NCBI GenBank assembly: GCA_964016885.1 | Contig: OZ024741.1 | Span: 112,158,001-112,222,000 of the forward strand | Origin: Eledone cirrhosa | Taxonomy: Eukaryota | Length of the DNA stretch: 64,000 bases | Direction: 5' to 3' | Shown here: one piece after another, positions 27,620-42,340 of the stretch | Layout of the letters: the number at the start of each line of letters is the position of its first letter | How positions within the stretch are numbered: the stretch's first letter is position 1 | The notes under the pieces: model-generated | The model's database searches: none | The model's input: only the letters and a program-made list of their open reading frames with translations | Told to the model about the DNA's origin: nothing | Program-made: the position numbers and the translations under genes

Positions 27620-27890
27620 GTGAAAATCGACGAGCTTGTGGCTGAGCATTCTACAAACACTTGTGCTCTTAACGTAGTTCTCGTAGAGGTTCAGCGTGAC
27701 ACTGATAAAGTGAGTAACAAGGCTGACCCTTTGAATAGCAGGTACAACTCATTTTGCCAGATGAGTGGAGAAGAGGAACGTGGAATAAAGTGACTTGTTG
27801 AAGGACACCCCACGCCACCGGGAACCAAACTCACGACCTTGCGTTCGTGAGACAAACACCTCAACCACTAAGCCAAGCCACATGCCTTCA
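27620..27890 (-). mobile_element. SINE family A, near full-length
   Basis: Minus strand reads GAAGGCATGTGGCTT..AGTGGTT (A box), a B-box remnant, and TGTCCTTCAACAAGTCACTTTATT. Confidence 0.8.
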
Positions 27891-29089
27891 CATCGCCATC
27901 TATATTACCACCACCACTACTACTGCTACTATTTACAAGCAGAACATAGTCCAATACATTTCTGTTCTTCTCAAAAGGTATTTTTTAAAGTATATTTTAT
28001 TACACGTTTTCTTTAATCTGTCGCATAGATAACCAGTTAATCAATCACTAAAACGTTCTGTTGCTGCTGTAGGTGTTGCTGATGCTGGTGCTGCTGCTGC
28101 CTCTCTTCTCAACTTCCACTTTCACCCCCTTCTCTTCGTATAAACAATGTTTAAGTGGAAGTCGATAGTAAAAGTAGAGGACGAGGGGGGGGGGTCTCAT
28201 AATTCTTCAGTAGAATGGTTGTTGAGAAGAGAAAGTATTTCAGCCGAGTGTTTTGATGCTTAAAATCATTATTAAAATAGAATTATTGTTATTTATTTAT
28301 TTATTTATTTATTTTGTACAAGACTGGTCGTCTGAGATCAGTTGACACATCTCAGTTGCAATATAGTCTTCAAATTTTGACATTATGAAAATGAAAAGAG
28401 AAATGCTTTTTTTTAATTTTTAATCATCTCCACAAGTCCTAATTGGAGTAAATTGAAGTTGATGGAGGGAAATTAACAAATGTTATTGTCAGAAATAAGG
28501 GCGGCGAATTGGTAGTGATGTTAGAACGTCGAATAAAATATTTTAAGGTATTCGTTATTCCGGGTCTCTGCACACTTATTTTAAATCCTGCCGAGGTCAA
28601 CTTTGCCTTTCATCCTTTCGTGGCCGATAAATCAAGTATCATTCCAGTGCTAGAGATCAGTTCTTCTCTCTCATTCTCTTTCTACACACGGTATCACGGT
28701 ACTCTGCTTATTGCTATTGTGTCTCACTTAAACACTACTGAAAACAATTATCCTAAATTAACCAATGGTATTTAAATATTACGCCTGTGTTTCAGTGACG
28801 AGAAGCGGGATTTGAGCTCAGAACGCACAGAACCGGAACAGATACCACAAGACATCTCATCGGACGCTTTACCAATTCCACTAATCTACCACCCTTGGAT
28901 CGGTACTTTATTTATTTAGTTGTGTATGGCAAGATTTGAAAGTTGGAACAAACACCGAAGCATTTAATCCAACCTTCTAAAGACTGCACCAGATCACCAC
29001 CTGTAAGGTTAAACAACAGCGTCAGCAATAATTTCTTTTAAAATCAATGCAACATTCACTTTCCTCATCAAATTGCAACAAAGTTAGGT

Positions 29090-29321
29090 TTATGGATTCT
29101 GTAAAGTGGTCGTGTAGGAGTCATGACTAAAAGTACACAGCACACGCTGTCATGCCGTAAATGTGGTTGGTGCTAGGATGGCATCCGGCCGTAGACACCT
29201 AGCCGGAAAGACTTCTATATGAGCAAGACACGGTCACCTGACCCATCTTGCCTCAAATTAGACAACTCTTCTAACCCATGCTAGCATGGAAAAGGGACGT
29301 TAAAGGAAGATGATGATGATG

Positions 29322-29322
<1 letters not shown>
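29090..29322 (+). mobile_element. SINE/LINE 3' end with (GAT)n tail
   Basis: AACCCATGCTAGCATGGAAAA..GACGTTAAA..(GAT)n; the same end occurs at 60626-60680 (+) and 41873-41924 (-). Confidence 0.65.
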
Positions 29323-29367
<45 letters not shown>

Positions 29368-29372
29368 GTATA

Positions 29373-29519
<147 letters not shown>

Positions 29520-29538
29520 GTATATATATAAATATATG

Positions 29539-29663
<125 letters not shown>

Positions 29664-29813
29664 GTGTATATATATAAATATATATATATATATATGTATA
29701 TATATAAATATATATATATATATGTATATATATAAATATATATATATATATGTATATATATAAATATATATATATATATGTATATATATAAATATATATA
29801 TATATGTATATAA

Positions 29814-29910
<97 letters not shown>

Positions 29911-29914
29911 AATA

Positions 29915-30651
29915 TATATTGTTATACTTGGGGAGGGTCATATTTGTGTAATATTGCCAGAATTAATAACAGAACACACTCACTGTTTGGTTGGTTTTCG
30001 CTTCTCGCTGTCTTTTATATCTGCGATCTAACTTAATCGGTCCTCAATGCTGCCATTGACTGACCGACGGTCAAAAATAATACAGATACAATATAGACAC
30101 AAACACATATATATAGTTTACATAATTTACATAAATCTTTCGTTGCACATCTGCAACATCGTCAGTGGTGTTATATTTTTTCCTCCTGTTGTGTTGTATG
30201 TCTACGCCATTTTTTATTCAGTCTGTCTATATATTTATTTATTTATTTGCTTGTTTGTTTATTTTATTTTGTCTTCTTTGCGCATGCGTTTGCGTGTGTG
30301 TATAGTGTTATGTTTGCTGTGTGACTAGTGTGTATAGTGTTGTGTCTGCTGGGTGACTAGTGTGTGTTTATGTGCTTGTTGTTATTGTGCTTGTGTATGT
30401 ATTTATTTATCTTATTTTATTTTATTTTATTTACTTATTTATACTTCTCTTAGGTCAGTGTTGTTTGTTTGGGTGTTGTTGTTGTTCCACTCATTCTTTC
30501 TGTTTAGCTTTGGTCTTCTAATTTCTATTTCACTGGCCTCTCTGATTTGCCTATCTGCTGGGTCATTCCTATGTTTAGATATTATTCTAATTTCTATGTT
30601 GTCTATGTCACCGTCATGTTGTTGTCTAGCATGTTCGTATAGTACTGACCC
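29915..30651 (-). mobile_element. 5'-truncated Penelope-like element (different lineage) next to a large (TA)n tract
   Basis: 30651-30439 translates [14 protein letters not shown]...[18 protein letters not shown]...LNRKNEW, a GIY-YIG C-terminus. HHR-like CTGACGA-T-GTTGCA/TGCAAC-GAAAGATTTA at 30129-30168. Confidence 0.75.
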
Positions 30652-30724
30652 GTTTTTTCTTTTTTTTTTTCTTTTTTCTTTTTTTTCTTCTTTTTTTTTT
30701 CTTATAAATATATATATTTATATG

Positions 30725-30820
<96 letters not shown>

Positions 30821-30824
30821 AATA

Positions 30825-30870
<46 letters not shown>

Positions 30871-30989
30871 TATCTGATAAAATGGTCCCTCGGTTGGATC
30901 GGCTGTTATTGCATTTGCTTTAGTTCGTGAATAGCATTAGATTGGTGTGGATGTGTTTACGCTAAATATATTGTAGTTGACTGTTTTAG

Positions 30990-31066
<77 letters not shown>

Positions 31067-31466
31067 AAGAGGGGGGTTGAGATAGTGAGAGAGAGGGGTG
31101 AGAACGATAGAGAAAGAGAAGGAGGAAGAGGGAAGAGGAGATAGATCTATAGAGGAGACAGAGAACGCTAATTTCTGATATGATTGAAATTATCTTAGAA
31201 CACTTCAACTCCACCGTTTTGTCTTACTATTAATTGTATTTCAATCAATCAATAAATCAATCAATCATGTTAACAGGTGCAGCTAATCATTAGAGTGCCA
31301 CTCTAGACGTGTGACTTTGTGTCTATCGTGGCAATGGACCTTAGAACATCTTGGCAGTGTCAAACTCCTCTCCAAGCGTCTAGTCCTCCACAAAGTTTAG
31401 CAGTGTCAGTAGAAATATGGTGAAAAAGAAATAGTGCCTGGGGCAAAATTGAGAGCCGGGTGAGAA

Positions 31467-31636
31467 CCAATTTCCCGGCGTCGAAGACGCTACTTTTTTC
31501 CTGAATAAAGTCTCAAAAATCTACCATGCATCCTGGAGGCCGAAGGTTGGATATTAAATTTTTTTTTCAAATTTTTGGTTGTCAAAATTAGGGTGCGTCC
31601 TCGAGGACGATGCATCTTAGGCGCCGGGAAATATGG
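31467..31636. mobile_element. MITE (pogo/Tc1-like termini)
   Basis: ATTTCCCGGCG ... CGCCGGGAAAT(ATGG)TA inverted ends. Confidence 0.65.
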
Positions 31637-31653
31637 TACTCATCTGCCCTTAA

Positions 31654-31874
31654 CCCATTAATATTTACATTACTCTATATATACTATTGTATTTTTGCAG
31701 TACAAGCTTTATCTTACATAATTATCTCACATAATATCGAATCTATGAGATTTTTATATTATTTATTTTGAGAACAATACCTTAACATCAGTATGAGGAG
31801 CCGGTTGGAGCAAGTTTGAGCAGAAAGAGGTGAGAGAATTCAGACCGGATATGGCCGGTTTAAATGCTAAAGAG
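31654..31874. mobile_element. piggyBac-like MITE
   Basis: TTAA on both sides; imperfect TIRs CCCATTAATATTTA / TAAATGCTAAAGAG. Confidence 0.6.
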
Positions 31875-32561
31875 TTAATGATTCTCCTGCTAGATATCAA
31901 TCTATTCTCTATACCCGAACAAGAGACAATGGGTCTTTAAATCCTGGATTACGGTTCATCCGGTATTGAATAACGTTTCTTCAAACCACTTCATTTTATT
32001 TTCAAAGCAATATTAGATAACGCTATGTCCAATATTGAAATAACGATTCTTTAAATTGTTTCACTCTAGTTTCAAAGAGACAGTGCGTAATAGCACATCT
32101 ACTTTTGAAATAATTATTCTTTAAATCCTAGATGGTAGTATATCCAGTATTGAAATACTGTTTCTCCAAATCACTTCACTCCATTTTCAAATTAAAAAGG
32201 AAAACTCTTAGAGCGATTCTGTCTGATCCATATGTGACAGACGGACAAAAACCCCCAGTACAGTCATTATAATATAGATTAGCAACAGAAACACAACTGG
32301 TTGTATATACTGATAGAATTTGACTGTTTCAAGTTTTACTCTAAGACACAATCATTCTATTTGTGCGGACGTGGTTCTCTCTCATATTCGTTCCGTTCCA
32401 TTAATTCCAGCAATTTCATCAACTCAATAATCAAAGTATACTGGGGAAGAGATGTGGAAGAGAATACAAAACATTTCTTATTTATCTACATGTTTTTGTA
32501 ACCCCTATTTACACCCATGCAATCTCTTTCATCTTTCTTCTTCTTCTTCTTCTTTCCCCCT

Positions 32562-32600
<39 letters not shown>

Positions 32601-32601
32601 C

Positions 32602-32673
<72 letters not shown>

Positions 32674-32718
32674 CCTGTCTATCTCGCTATATATATATAT
32701 ATATACCTGTCTATCTCG

Positions 32719-32771
<53 letters not shown>

Positions 32772-33457
32772 GTACATACTCAATGTCTAGCTTTCTCTGC
32801 ATCGATCTCTAACTCTTTCTCATTCCCTCACTACCTGTATGTGTATACATTTATGTGTGTGTGTGTGCGTGCGTATGTATATGTGTGAGTTTATGTGCGT
32901 GAGCGTCTATGTGTGTGTATCATTCTCACTCTGTCTTGCAGCCATAAGTAACTAAGTTTTAAGTATTTCCAAACTCAAAAACTCTCCGCATCAATGGAGA
33001 AAATAGATAAAATAAAAAATAAATATATAAGCAAATAAAATAAAAAAAATAACGAACACACAGAAAACCGAATATGGCATCTTAGCAGAGATCTTTGGCA
33101 TTCACGTTTGGCTTGGTCGGAGTGAAAGTGGAATATGTAGAACTGGCGTAACAGAATTAGCAACAACAATAACAACAATCATTGCAATAAAATAAACAAT
33201 AAAAATTAGCAAATAATACAAATAACAACCGCACACATACGTGCATATATGCATGTGCATAATCATATCGACACCACGCAAACACACACGACGGTGTATG
33301 TGTGTGTGAATGTGTATGTATGTCTGTATACATATACACACACATACCCGCGCACTCACACACACACACGCGCGCATATATGTATATGTGTATGTGTGTG
33401 TATGTATGTATGTATGTATGTATGTATGTATGTATGTATGTATGTCTATAAATGTAT

Positions 33458-33519
<62 letters not shown>

Positions 33520-34911
33520 CAGAATGTTATTTATGCGCCTAAGACACGAATACATACACATTTTAATATGGACTTAAATCAAAGATCCTCTCTCTTCGTG
33601 TGTACCGTGTTGACAGACCAGTCAAGCATAGAAGTGGATTACATCGATGCTCTATCATAGAACCAATTGAAGCGACATCGCTGAGCCTCAGTGGAATTGC
33701 CGGCCTTCGTCGAAATGCGCTTTCGACCGTGTTAACACTTTCTAATACCAACCGGCTATTGATCTTCGATATCTGCTAACACTGATCACCGATCTCCACC
33801 CACCACCCTCTACTTACTTAAGTTAGTCTATTGGCCGTCAAAAACTTAATCAGGAAACCTGAAACGGTATCGAAAAAATAGAGGCTATTACATTCAATCT
33901 CAGGAAGGAGTGTTTAGGAGGATGTTTGTGTTTGTGATAATGTTTGTGGGGGTGTTGATAGTGGTAGTGATGGTTGTAGTAGTGTTTGCTTTGATAGAGT
34001 TGGTGATGATAGTGGTGGTGTTGATGGTTGTAGTGATGCTGGTGATAATTGTGGAGGTGGTGATGTTGGTGATAATGATGCTGTTGGCAGTAAGTGTTGT
34101 TGGTGGTGGTATTGGCGGTGATGTTTGTGTTGGTGGTGGTATTGGCGGTGATGTTTGTGTTGGTGGTGGTATTGGCGGTAACGGTGTCCGTGTTGGCTGT
34201 GTTGGAAGTATTGATGGTGATAGTGATGCTAGTGATGGTGGTTTTGGCGTGGGTGGTGATGGTGGTGGCATTTGTGGAGTTAATAGAGGTGCTGGTGATA
34301 GTGTTATCGGTAATGGGGATGTTGGTGGTTGTAGTGGTGTTGATGGTTGTGATGATGGTGATGGTGACGGTAGTAGTGTTGGCAGAGATAATGTAGGTGT
34401 TGGGGGTGTTTGTGAAGGTAGTAAGGATAGTGGTTGTAGTGGTTGTAGTGGAAGATTGGGTGAACATTGCTGGTGGCTGTAGGAGAGATGGTTAGAGATA
34501 TGCGTGGTGGTGATGATGGTGGTTAGAAATATAAGGGCTAGTGGTGGTTAGAGGTATTGGTGGTAGTGGTTAAAAGTATAGTTGTGGTGGTTAGAAATGT
34601 AGGTGGTAGATGTAGTGGTTAAAAGTATGGTGTTAATGTGGCGGTAGTTAGAGGTATTGGTGGTAGTGGTGGTTGGTTACTAGAGTATGTTAAAACTATC
34701 GATGAGTGTGATTCGGACATTTATAGGAGTGCTTGGGGAGTTATATTAATTATAATAGGTAGAGGTGTTGTTTAATGGTCGATATATGGAATTGGGGAGA
34801 GGGTTATTGTATATTGATAGTGGTGGTTTTATTGTAAATTATATTATTGATTATTTTTTAAGCATAAGCACAAGACCACAACATTTAATGAGGGTGAATG
34901 ATATATATATA

Positions 34912-35935
34912 TCTGTATATATATAAAATTAAGTATGTGTGTGTGTGTGTGTCTGTGTATTACCTATAGAGGCCTACATCTTACGACCGATTTTCATGAA
35001 ACTTTCAGGCTCATAGATTAGTCATCGTGGAATGTTTTTAATATATCAGCGTATCGTTTTTTTTATTCCGGGGTAATTCTGCAGATAAAAATCGATAGGG
35101 GGAGGGGGGGGGGTCACCTTTTTTTTTAGGTATCGAAAAATAAGAATTTTGGCTCTAGCTCCCACATTTTGCCACCGATTTCGTTCAAATTTTAAAGCAA
35201 AATAAAATTTATCATTGCACATCCTGTAATGGCTATATATTTTGCATTTGTTGTTCAGAGACGGCGTAGCAGCCACTGAAATATTCAAAAATTCCACGTT
35301 AAGACTCAAATTCCCACTTTTTCGGCTCTAGCTCCCACATTAATCAACCTACTTTGTTCAAATTTCACACTATGCTAGATCTGATTATTTCACGTCTTAA
35401 AGTGGCTTTACATTTTGGATTTTTTGTTCAGGAACGGCGTGGCAGCCGCTTAAATATTCGAAAACACCGCCATTTCGCTCAAATTTCCGCCTTTTCGGCT
35501 CTAGCTCCCACATTTTTCAACCGATTTCGTTCAAATTCGAAACTTCGGCTCCACCTCACACATAAATCAATTTATTTGGTTCAACTTTTATACTACGATA
35601 GAACCTATCATTGCACATCTTATAGATGGTCAAGGGCAAAACGATGGCCACTGACGTCGTCTAAGCCTTTAGTTGTGTATTTGAGAATTCATCGGTTTCC
35701 AATCAAGTAGCGTGAGGAAATTTGGCTTAGTGTTAGAAGTCATTACATCCCTCCTCCAGCATTCCCCTTCGTCAGTCACCCGCGTTTCTCAGTGATAGAG
35801 GTCATTACCACCCTCCCCCGCATGGCCTGTGTATGGCCATAGATGAGTTATCGAGAAGCAGTCGCTAAGATCAACACTTTTTCATCAAAGCAGATATTAT
35901 TTTACCTACCCAGGCAACGCTGGGTACTGCTGCTA

Positions 35936-35936
<1 letters not shown>
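34912..35936 (+). mobile_element. Non-autonomous Helitron with internal ~172-bp tandem units
   Basis: A|TC 5' end; 3' hairpin TACCCAG-GCAACG-CTGGGTA followed by CTAG|T; GGCTCTAGCTCCCACATT recurs at ~35151, 35324 and 35496. Confidence 0.85.
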
Positions 35937-36029
<93 letters not shown>

Positions 36030-36225
36030 GTGCGTGTGTGCGTGTGTATGTATATATATGTACCTGTGTGTGTGTATTAAGAAAGAACGATGAAGTTTCG
36101 TTTACAAGTTTTTATTGATTATCGACTTGTTATATAAGTTTCCTCGTCTTTTTCTTAATATGTACACTCTGATGTGCATCGAGTGTGCATATTAATACCG
36201 CCACCAGTAATTTACTGAATAGTCT

Positions 36226-36259
<34 letters not shown>

Positions 36260-36949
36260 CGTGTGTGCGTGTGTAGCCGGTATCTGGGAGATAAGAGATT
36301 GAATCCCCCTTAGCGGTCGATGGCAACTTCTTTTTCCGTCTTTTAAGCATTTTATATGTTATTTTATGGAATCTCTGTGAATGAGCACATCATCCTTCAC
36401 AATATACATACATACATACATACATACATACATACACACATACATACATACACACATTCATATACAAATACATATACAGAGAAAAAACCTCATCATGTTT
36501 CCATTGAAGCATCGACATAAATAGACACTTTCATATTCGGTTTATAAACGTACTTCACTCCACACGTCTTTTGATCCTCCAGCGTTTCTTGGGCAAATGC
36601 AGCTTGGCGGAACTCGACGGAATTCATCTCTCTACGGGTTTGACCACGACCAATATCCTCCAATTATGTAGTTCACTCTGGTCATGGACATATGGCCGTT
36701 GAATTTCCTTTAGGTAACATAACTGCCCTGGCTGTTGATTCCAAAGACAGAGAAAATAATTCGTCCAATGGTATCATGTCAAAATAATCTTCTTACGTTG
36801 TTTGGTTCGCTAGCTGAAGCGTTTTACTCCATCTTGTCTTCGTTTGTTTTGTATGGAAGGCTTAAAAACTAGTTTCTTGACTAATTCTTGCATTGAATGC
36901 TGAATACCCTTAAGAAATTACTGACCCGGTATTTTCCAACTTCTAAGTG

Positions 36950-37217
36950 CACCACAAAATAAACAAAGACAAGATGAAGTAGAAGTTTAAGACCAAGAAA
37001 AACGGAGGCACAAAACAGATAATCATTGTGGAGGTCATACAATGTGTGACGAAAGAGCTTTGATAAACAAATGAATAACTAACAATAAAGATGAAGTGAA
37101 ATTGAAAATTACATGGTGCGTGTGTTACATTCTATTGACAACATCACCATCCCCAAATATAACAATATCGGTTTCAACACACGATTTCACATCAAGAATT
37201 TTTCAGAACAAATACAT

Positions 37218-37225
<8 letters not shown>
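36950..37225 (+). mobile_element. PLE terminus with decayed HHR (37022-37064), same family as 38030-38340
   Basis: ATCA-ttgtgga-G-GTCAT..GTGAC-GAAAGAGCTT-TGAT and the shared tail TATAACAATATCGGTTTCAACACACG. Confidence 0.65.
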
Positions 37226-37309
<84 letters not shown>

Positions 37310-37819
37310 GTGTGTGCATGTGCGTATGTGTGTCTGTATAATTTAGTGTCAAAGTACAAATACTTTCAGTGGTGTGGTAATAGTGTTGTTGCTGGTTGTA
37401 GTAGTGGCAATTGTGGTAGCTGTAGTTTTAGTGGTAGTAGATGTGGTAAATATGGTGATAGTCACATCAATATTTGTTGTGGTGGTAGTAATAATATTGA
37501 AGGTAGTTGTAGTAATGTTTGTGGTGATGGGGTTGGCTTTAGTAATGTTGGAGGTATTTGTAGATATAGTGGGAGTTGTAGTTATAGTGGTGGTGATAGG
37601 GGAGGCTGCAGTGGTAGTGGTGGGAGTGATGATCTTATAGATATATCATATATCATGTACTTATTGTCGTGTGCTCGCTTCAACGTACTAAGCAACGCAT
37701 CAAATGATTCTTTGAAAAGCTTCCTTCCTTTATATTCTTTGAAAATTATCTTTGTTTTATATTCTTTAGGGAATTTGCAATAATACATACATACTACACA
37801 CACACACAAACACACAGAT

Positions 37820-37920
<101 letters not shown>

Positions 37921-38095
37921 TATCATCATCGTGTTGCATCCGTTTTCCATATTAGCATGAGGAACGTATGTATATGTATGTATAATATATAGGTATGCAT
38001 ATATACATGCACACGTAAATATATATATATATAGAAACAAGATGGCGTAGGACAGAACAGAGGAGAGGCACAAAAAACAAAGAAAAGAATCCCCA

Positions 38096-38138
38096 GTCAC
38101 TGAAGAGGTCACAGAATGTGTGACGAAATAACTTTGAC
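38096..38138 (+). ncRNA. Type I HHR-like motif in a PLE terminus (38030-38340)
   Basis: GTCA-CTGAAGA-G-GTCAC/GTGAC-GAAA..TT-TGAC. Stem I covaries with the 37022 copy (ATCA/TGAT). Confidence 0.65.
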
Positions 38139-38877
38139 AATATATAAACAACCATCTGGTTGTGGAACCAGCCAACCAACCGGAAATTTATAAATTTATA
38201 AATTTATTATAATAAATTGAAGTGAAAGCAACTGGTGCGTGTGTTTCTTATTGGCAACATGACCAGCCCAAAGTATAACAATATCGGTTTCAACACACGT
38301 TTTCAGATAAAGAATCTTGCTAAACAAATTCAGAAACGAAATATATATATATATATTTATATATATGTGTGTGTGTATATATGTATATGCATATTTGTAT
38401 GTATATGTATATATATATATGTGTGTGTATATATAAGTATATATATATATATATATTATATTTAGAGTTATAAACTCAAACAGTCTTTTACAATTAATTA
38501 GCTCAAAGAAAGAAGCATTTCTGAGCTGTGAAATACAAGTTAATATAAATTAATATATGATAAACACCAATATGAACATATAAGCGTTTGCATCGTAAAC
38601 GACCAAGTTAGCTAGATTGAAAAATACTAATTAGATTAATACAGTTTGCCTGTCTCGATTTAAAATAATAAATCAATAAAAACAAACCCATATTGGCAAT
38701 AGCCGTGATACCTGGAAAAATTTAAATTTCAAAATCCAAACCTGTTCCGCAGACAAATTTAAATTTCAAAGCCCAAATAAGTTTCGCAATGATAATTTAA
38801 AAAAGTAAAAAATTCCAATATATATAGAATAAGGAAAAGCAAAGTAGTTTCAGATGTTCAAGTCCTTTAATAATAAT

Positions 38878-39056
38878 TGTTTCTATTTTAGGTACAAGGC
38901 CAGCAAATACCCAGTACATTACTGGTGCTTTATTTTATCGACCCCGTAAGAATGAAAGGCAAAGTCAACCTCGGCAGGATTTGAACTCAGATCGTAAAGG
39001 GACGTAACTATGCTGGAAAGCATGGCGTCCGACCCTCTACCGATACTGCCAATCCA
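38878..39056 (-). mobile_element. SINE family B inserted into the left arm of the fold-back
   Basis: TAATAATAAT is duplicated at 38868-38877 and 39057-39066; the right arm shows the empty site. Confidence 0.9.
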
Positions 39057-40693
39057 TAATAATAATGCTGTGATATATATTTCAATGACGACACTGGCCA
39101 CACTGTTCTGTGTGCGAGTGTCGTGATATCATCAGACAGCTTGTTACATAATAGGGTTATGTTTCCGAGCCAATCCAAATTGAATCGACATGGGAACGGA
39201 CGAAGTGTGTGCTTTTGGGTTCCTCATCCGTTCCCTTGTGAGTACCAATTCACTCCCACCGGTCTGCGCAGGCGCATGTCCGAAGGAAGTTGACCATTAG
39301 CTACCGCAGATTTCAACGAAATTCGCTTAGTCAGTTCACCCTCTCAGCCAAACAATGACCCACTTAGGCCTGTACCATAGTTTACTGCTACCCATCCCGA
39401 CTGTGGCAGTCAGCCGAAAGCCAGAGGGGATGGGAGAGTGTTAGTTTTTACAGGTCACAATACAACCTCTCACCAAGCGTGGACAGTACGACTGACCATC
39501 AACTCCTAAGAGAAAATAAACTTAATTCTAGGTATCATGGTTTTACATTGAAAGTTATGAGTGAGAGTTGGAAATAAAAATTAAAATCCTATATCAAATA
39601 TCAGAAATTATAAATTAAACAATTAGAAATTAAAAAATGTTTCAAGTGAGAATCCGGATTGAGGTGGGTAAAAAAATATAGATTGAAGTGAGTAAATAAT
39701 ATGGAGAGAGATGTTTAAGTAAGAAGTTCTGAGAGGGGTTCTAATTTCACAGTTACACTATCCACATATTGAACGATAGTGCCGTACATTAGAACGGAGG
39801 GTAAACTACAGTATTCAGGGCAGTAGTCAATCTGGTACACAGTCATAATTTCCATCACATGGAACAAAACCAAAGAAAAACAGACATAAAGTACACAAAA
39901 GAAAAGAACCAATAATGAATAAATGCAAAAACACAGAGTACATATATGCAAAATGATCCATATGATTGTCAATTTGTCAATGTATAGATTGAATTGAGGG
40001 GGCTTCTGTTCAAATGCGATTTGTTTCCGCGTATTTATCCTGCCGAAAGTTGCTATTATGTCCGTCCAGTGGACATTAGAACCCCTCTCAGAACTTCTTA
40101 CTTAAACATCTCTCTCCATATTATTTACTCACTTCAATCTATATTTTTTTACTCACCTCAATCCGGATTCTCACTTGAAAAATTTCTTAATTTCTAATTG
40201 TTAATTTTTTAATTGTTTAATTTATAATTTCTGATATTTGATATAGGATTTTAATTTTTATTTCCAACTCTCACTCATAACTTTCAATGTAAAACCATGA
40301 TACCTAGAATTAAGTTTATTTTCTCTTAGGAGTTGATAGTCAGTCGTACTGTCGACGCTTGGTGAGAGGTTGTATTGTGACCTGTAAAAACTAACACTCT
40401 CCCATCCCCTCTGGCTTTCGGCTGACTGCCACAGTCGGGATGGGTAGCAGTAAACTATGGTACAGGCCTAAGTGGGTCATTGTTTGGCTTAGAGGGTGAA
40501 CTGACTAAGCGAATTTCGTTGAAATCTGCGGTAGCTAATGGTCAACTTCCTTCGGACATGCGCCTGCGCAGACCGGTGGGGTGAATAGGTACTCACAGGG
40601 GAACGGATGAGGAACCCAAAAGCACACACTTCGTCCGTTTCCATGTCGATTCAATTTGGATTGGCTCGGAAACATAACCCTATTATGTAACAA

Positions 40694-40767
40694 GCTGTCT
40701 GATGATGTCACGACACTCGCACACAGAACAGTGTGGCCAGTGTCGTCATTGAAATATATATCACAGC
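40694..40767 (+). ncRNA. Type I hammerhead ribozyme (mirror copy 39067-39140 on -)
   Basis: GCTGT-CTGATGA-[long stem II ACGACACT/AGTGTCGT]-GAAAT-ATAT-ATC-ACAGC. Predicted cleavage after 40762. Confidence 0.88.
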
Positions 40768-40894
40768 ATTATTATTAAAGGACTTGAACATCTGAAACTA
40801 CTTCGCTTTTCCTTATTCGATATTTACTCCGTGACTCCTATGTGGAAAAAGTACGTTGAGTGCTTGAATTGAATTGCATCAATATTTACCCTAA

Positions 40895-40950
<56 letters not shown>

Positions 40951-40983
40951 TAGAATAACAGATTAAAGTTTAAGCAATATTAT

Positions 40984-41066
<83 letters not shown>

Positions 41067-41113
41067 TGTATATGTATGTATATATATGTAAAATTTATAT
41101 GTATATATATATA

Positions 41114-41153
<40 letters not shown>

Positions 41154-41463
41154 CTACCTATGCACAAGATTCATACATTGAAAATATTAGAAACTGGCTT
41201 GATATACTGATACTGAAACAGGATTGAAAGTTTTCATTTCTTTTCTATTCTCTCTTAGAAATACCTTTTAAAAGTGTAGTTGACAAAGTATAAAAGTAGT
41301 GTTATATGTAAAAGATATCTAAAAAATAGGTTTAAACCGATTACGTCTTAAAAGAATCATTTTAGCCATTCAGAAACAAAAATTCACTTTACATTTATAT
41401 CTTGGTGTCAATGTTCTCGTCGCACTGTTTGAACTTTCGAAATTCTACTATAACTCGACTGCG

Positions 41464-41497
<34 letters not shown>

Positions 41498-41512
41498 TAT
41501 ATTATATGTATA

Positions 41513-41725
41513 CAGTCTGTTCGCTTTTTACGCGAAGATGTGTTCGTGAACGCGGCGCGTAAAGCAAATTCGCGTAATTCAAATATATTTCTGATAAATA
41601 AAAACATTTAAAAACCAAACGCGTTATGGCGCGTTATTCGCGCAAAGTGAATATTTAATATTTTTTTCTAAAGGCGTTAAAGCGAATTCGCTTACTTCAA
41701 GTTCGCGTAAAAAACGAACAGACTG
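41513..41725. mobile_element. Tigger/pogo-like MITE
   Basis: TA|CAGTCTGTTCGCTTTTTACGCGAA ... TTCGCGTAAAAAACGAACAGACTG|TA. Confidence 0.9.
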
Positions 41726-41806
41726 TATATATGTATGTATATACATATATATATATATAAATATTAATTAAACATACAGTATATTGCCAAATATACTATA
41801 CATACA

Positions 41807-41875
<69 letters not shown>

Positions 41876-42340
41876 TCATCATCATCATCATCGTCATCGT
41901 TTAACGCCCATCTTCCACGCTAGCTTTAAGTTATGGTCCGTCATCATCAGTAAATGTAAACACAGACATAGACACGCGCACGCTCACATATGACGGGCTT
42001 CTGCACTGTTTACGTCTTCCAAAGTTATAGTAGGAGACACTTAATCACGGGGCCATGTAGTGGTACTGAACCTGAAAACATGTAAGAACTCCTTAACCAC
42101 AAATCCATGCTAACAAACTGAATGTTTTGTATATAGATTCCTGATGTAATAGCATTCATAAGAAATAGAACGTGCTGCTCAAATCATATCCAAGCAATAC
42201 AACTTGGTTCAAATCAAAATTCTGTGTGTCCTCTTAGATATATTGATAAATTATTATCACACCCGTCTCCCGTAAAAAAAAATTACATATCTGAAACGGC
42301 TCAGTTACAAAGATTAGTGTTTAGAATCTCAAGAGCTACT

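Larger units (their letters stand above)
38827..40895 (+). mobile_element. Large fold-back element: ~740-bp inverted arms, 330-bp spacer, tail ending in (TA)n
   Basis: 38827-38877 plus 39067-39745 is the reverse complement of 40076-40818 with few differences. TTGAGTGC tail at 40856. Confidence 0.9.

Noticed and set aside
31885-32280. Possible minus-strand Helitron (ATCTATATTATAAT start, internal repeats)
   Set aside because: No convincing 3' hairpin-CTAG end.
33850-34482. Thr-rich or Gly/Val-rich mucin-like ORFs (also 7227-7652 and 37262-37783)
   Set aside because: Degenerate trinucleotide tracts that are open in several frames on both strands, with no domain or splice support.
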